Shown piece by piece: positions 52,451-54,603 of a stretch of DNA of 54,603 nt. The notes beneath the pieces are model-generated. The model was not told where the DNA came from, did no database searches, and worked only from the letters and a program-made list of their open reading frames with translations. This DNA comes from Candidatus Omnitrophota bacterium (GTDB taxonomy: Bacteria; Omnitrophota; Gorgyraeia; Zapsychrales; Zapsychraceae): contig JAKLDK010000003.1 in NCBI GenBank assembly GCA_022703565.1, positions 1 to 54,603 of the forward strand. The letters run 5' to 3'. Numbering within the stretch: the first letter of the stretch is position 1; every line of letters begins with the position of its first letter. The translations under genes were made by a program, and so were the position numbers.

Positions 52451-54603
52451 TTATAAGTCTGTCCTTAGCCATAATTGACCGGCAACCGGAGAAGCTGGGT
52501 CGCTGGTTCTTGTTTCAATAACTATGCCACCGCTGAATGTTTGTTTTGCACTCCAAGTATTTGCGTTTCCTACATTTAATCCTAAAGTGTAAGGGCTAAC
52601 AGCAGTTCCTGCTCCGCTTCTGGTTAAAGTTGTATTAGTTGCGTTTGTTATTTCGTTGCCGATTATTCCATCAACTTCAGTAAAGGTTGAAGCTGTTAAA
52701 GATTTCCAGGCCGTTCCGTCGTATCCGAAGAAATCATTGCTTATGTATTTTATTGTACCGGCATTATTTGAAGTAGTATTGCCGATTTTTACTGCGCCAG
52801 TAACTTCAAGTTTTTCTACTGGAGTTGATAACCCAATTCCAACTCGCCCACCATTTGTTATGACAACATCGTCATTATTTGAATAGTTTAGTTTTATTTT
52901 CCCGCCGTTACCTTTGGAATCTATTTTCAAATATGTGTCAGTCGTGGTGATTGTGGAATTTGAACCATTAGAATTCAAAAGCAGAGTGGGAACACTATCT
53001 GTTGGTGCAGCGATGGTAAATTGAGCATTTGTGGCAGTGGTTGTTCCAATGCCAAAATGTCCGTTTTCTGTAATAACCATCCTGTAGGCTTCGGCGCCGG
53101 CCACACCTCCCCAGATTGAAAATGCATTATTAATTTCCAAAGGATATTGATGTGAGCGCATTTCCCAAATTGCATGGTTACTATTAACATCTTCCAGCCG
53201 TAATGAAGTAAAATCATCATTCAGGGCATTAACAATATGCATATTTGCGGCAGGAGAAGATGTGCCAATACCGATTTTGCCGATAGTGTCTACGAAAAGG
53301 CCTTCATTGTTGCCATTATTAGAAAGGAAGAATCCACTTAATTTTATATTTTCTGTGGCGGTATGGTTTCCTAGATTATCTCCGACACCTTGAGGAGCAT
53401 CAGAAGTACAGTTAACTACATTACCGTCGGAAGTACACCATTTATCCGCATTTAAAGTATTAACTTGCGGGTCAACTTCTGCCAAAGCTGGGGCATCGGA
53501 AGTACAATTAACCGCACTACCGTCGGTAGTACACCATTTACCGGCAGTTGTTATATTGCCAACTTGCGGGTCAACTTCAGTTAAGCTAGGTGCAGGGGAC
53601 ATACAATTAATGACTTCTCCGTCAGAAGTACACCACATGTCTGCACTTAAAGTATTAACTTGTGGGTCAATTTCGGCAAAAGAAGGTGCGCTCCAGCTTA
53701 AAATGCCACTGCCGTTAGTTGATAAGAATTGGCCATTTGCGCCATCAGATGAAGGCAATGTCCAAAGGCTGTTTGCCGAGAGTGCATTGGGAGCTTTAAA
53801 CCCGATATAATTGTCGTTTGCTTCATCAAAAAATTGAAATGGTTTAGAGCCAAAAAGCTTTAGTTCGCTTGTTGGAACCAAGCTGATATTACTATTAGAG
53901 AACAAGATGCTATTTGTTGAGCTTCCGATTAAAAGGAATCCACCGGTAGCATCTCCAACTCTCAGCGCGCTATTAACGTCGAGTTTAGCTGCCGGAGAAG
54001 TTGTTCCGATACCAACGTTTCCAAAAGGGCTGACAATAATGTTCCCTGAAGAAGTTGTTTTAAGGGTTAAATCACCATTAGTTTTATTAATAACTGAAAC
54101 ATAATCTAATTGCGGCTCAATATCAAATGTGTTTCCATTTAAATCTAAATCTAGTCCGGCTAAGTAGCTAGCGCCGCTTGGGGCTTCGGATGTACAGTTA
54201 ACAGCACTTCCGTCGGTAGTACACCATTTACCGGCAGTTGTTATATCTCCTACTTGGGGGTCGATTTCACTTAAAATAGGTGCGTTTTGGTTACAATCTA
54301 TTGCATTTCCGTTTTCGTCGCTTGTACACCATTTGTTAGCAACTAAACTGTCAACTTGAGGATCTGATTCAACCATTGTTGGCGCGTCAGTTGTACAATT
54401 GACAACATTACCGTCGGAAGTACACCATTTATTAGCATTTAAAGTGTTAACTTGCGGGTCAATTTCGGATAAGACGGGAGCGTTGGTCGTACAATTGACA
54501 ACATTACCGTCTGAGGTACACCATCTATTCGCTGTCAGGCTGTTAACTTGCGGGTCGGTTTCGCTTGTTATTCCTTGCTGGTCTGCACGGCAAGTATAGC
54601 TTC
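52451..54603 (-). CDS. Fibre-like surface protein with Cys-pair repeats; 5' end truncated by the window
   Basis: The tracked ORF starts at 54376, but the same frame stays open to nt 54603 (…SYTCRADQQGITSETDPQVNSLTANRWCTSDGNVVNCTTNAPVLSEIDPQVNTLNANKWCTSDGNVVNCTTDAPTMVESDPQV…). It contains repeats of about 26 aa, DPQV..L...KWCTSDG..VNCT..AP. Tail-fibre-type motifs are present: GNVGIGTTSPAAKLDV, KIGIGTSSPAANMHI, RVGIGLSTPVEKLEV and GTIKYISNDFFGYDGTAWKSL. Confidence 0.8.
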   Translation of the reverse strand, partial: SYTCRADQQGITSETDPQVNSLTANRWCTSDGNVVNCTTNAPVLSEIDPQVNTLNANKWCTSDGNVVNCTTDAPTMVESDPQVDSLVANKWCTSDENGNAIDCNQNAPILSEIDPQVGDITTAGKWCTTDGSAVNCTSEAPSGASYLAGLDLDLNGNTFDIEPQLDYVSVINKTNGDLTLKTTSSGNIIVSPFGNVGIGTTSPAAKLDVNSALRVGDATGGFLLIGSSTNSILFSNSNISLVPTSELKLFGSKPFQFFDEANDNYIGFKAPNALSANSLWTLPSSDGANGQFLSTNGSGILSWSAPSFAEIDPQVNTLSADMWCTSDGEVINCMSPAPSLTEVDPQVGNITTAGKWCTTDGSAVNCTSDAPALAEVDPQVNTLNADKWCTSDGNVVNCTSDAPQGVGDNLGNHTATENIKLSGFFLSNNGNNEGLFVDTIGKIGIGTSSPAANMHIVNALNDDFTSLRLEDVNSNHAIWEMRSHQYPLEINNAFSIWGGVAGAEAYRMVITENGHFGIGTTTATNAQFTIAAPTDSVPTLLLNSNGSNSTITTTDTYLKIDSKGNGGKIKLNYSNNDDVVITNGGRVGIGLSTPVEKLEVTGAVKIGNTTSNNAGTIKYISNDFFGYDGTAWKSLTASTFTEVDGIIGNEITNATNTTLTRSGAGTAVSPYTLGLNVGNANTWSAKQTFSGGIVIETRTSDPASPVAGQLWLRTDL
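52454..52502. repeat. 49-bp exact direct repeat, copy 2
   Basis: Identical to 50989-51037. Here it encodes the last 16 codons (DPASPVAGQLWLRTDL) and part of the stop codon of the fibre gene. Confidence 0.97.

Noticed and set aside
52656-54599. Plus-strand ORFs 52656..52886, 53556..53810, 53907..54104 and 54399..54599.
   Set aside because: They lie antisense to the fibre gene. Open antisense frames are expected in repeat-rich, stop-poor sequence.

Overview
This is an AT-rich bacterial window, probably from an uncultivated lineage. A giant ORF, TMTC-like glycosyltransferases and orphan pilins would fit an Omnitrophota-like organism, but that is inference only. All calls come from reading the sequence and ORF translations by eye; no HMM or BLAST search was run.

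Layout:
- **1-13092 (+):** one giant ORF of at least 4,358 aa, still open at the 5' window edge. It appears to contain a glucan-water-dikinase-like phosphotransferase module, an HExxH motif, a four-helix membrane block bracketed by 66-nt direct repeats, a degenerate SecA-like ATPase module and a duplicated C-terminal domain.
- **13.1-13.7 kb:** a small secreted-protein gene flanked by 24-nt inverted repeats.
- **13.7-18.1 kb (-):** mutS-mutL.
- **18.3-22.1 kb:** secreted and coiled-coil proteins of unknown function.
- **22.4-26.9 kb:** locus A, with a fibre-like secreted protein, two prepilin-type pilins, a MORN-repeat protein and a small membrane protein.
- **26.9-35.0 kb:** a large polytopic membrane protein plus housekeeping genes (exoD-like, comM/yifB, DUF212/PAP2, LysM-YkuD transpeptidase, accA, rlmN).
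- **35.1-42.4 kb:** a B12-radical-SAM gene followed by three TMTC/PMT-like GT-C+TPR paralogues and a GT2, looking like one operon.
- **42.5-43.0 kb (-):** tRNA-Leu(CAA) and tRNA-Ala(GGC), preceded by a leader containing two 151-nt tandem structured repeats.
- **43.1-48.9 kb:** birA-bioF-bioH-bioC-bioD::bioA operon with a bioO-like operator.
- **48.9-54.6 kb (-):** locus B, with a Cys-repeat fibre protein (5' truncated by the window), a propeller protein, a frameshifted beta-helix protein and a pilin. It shows module sharing and 49-bp exact direct repeats.

The best candidates for novelty are the mosaic giant protein, the two fibre/pilin loci, the glycosylation cluster, the repeated tRNA-leader element, and a recurrent intergenic motif (AGGGACA plus GTTTAAN heptamers).
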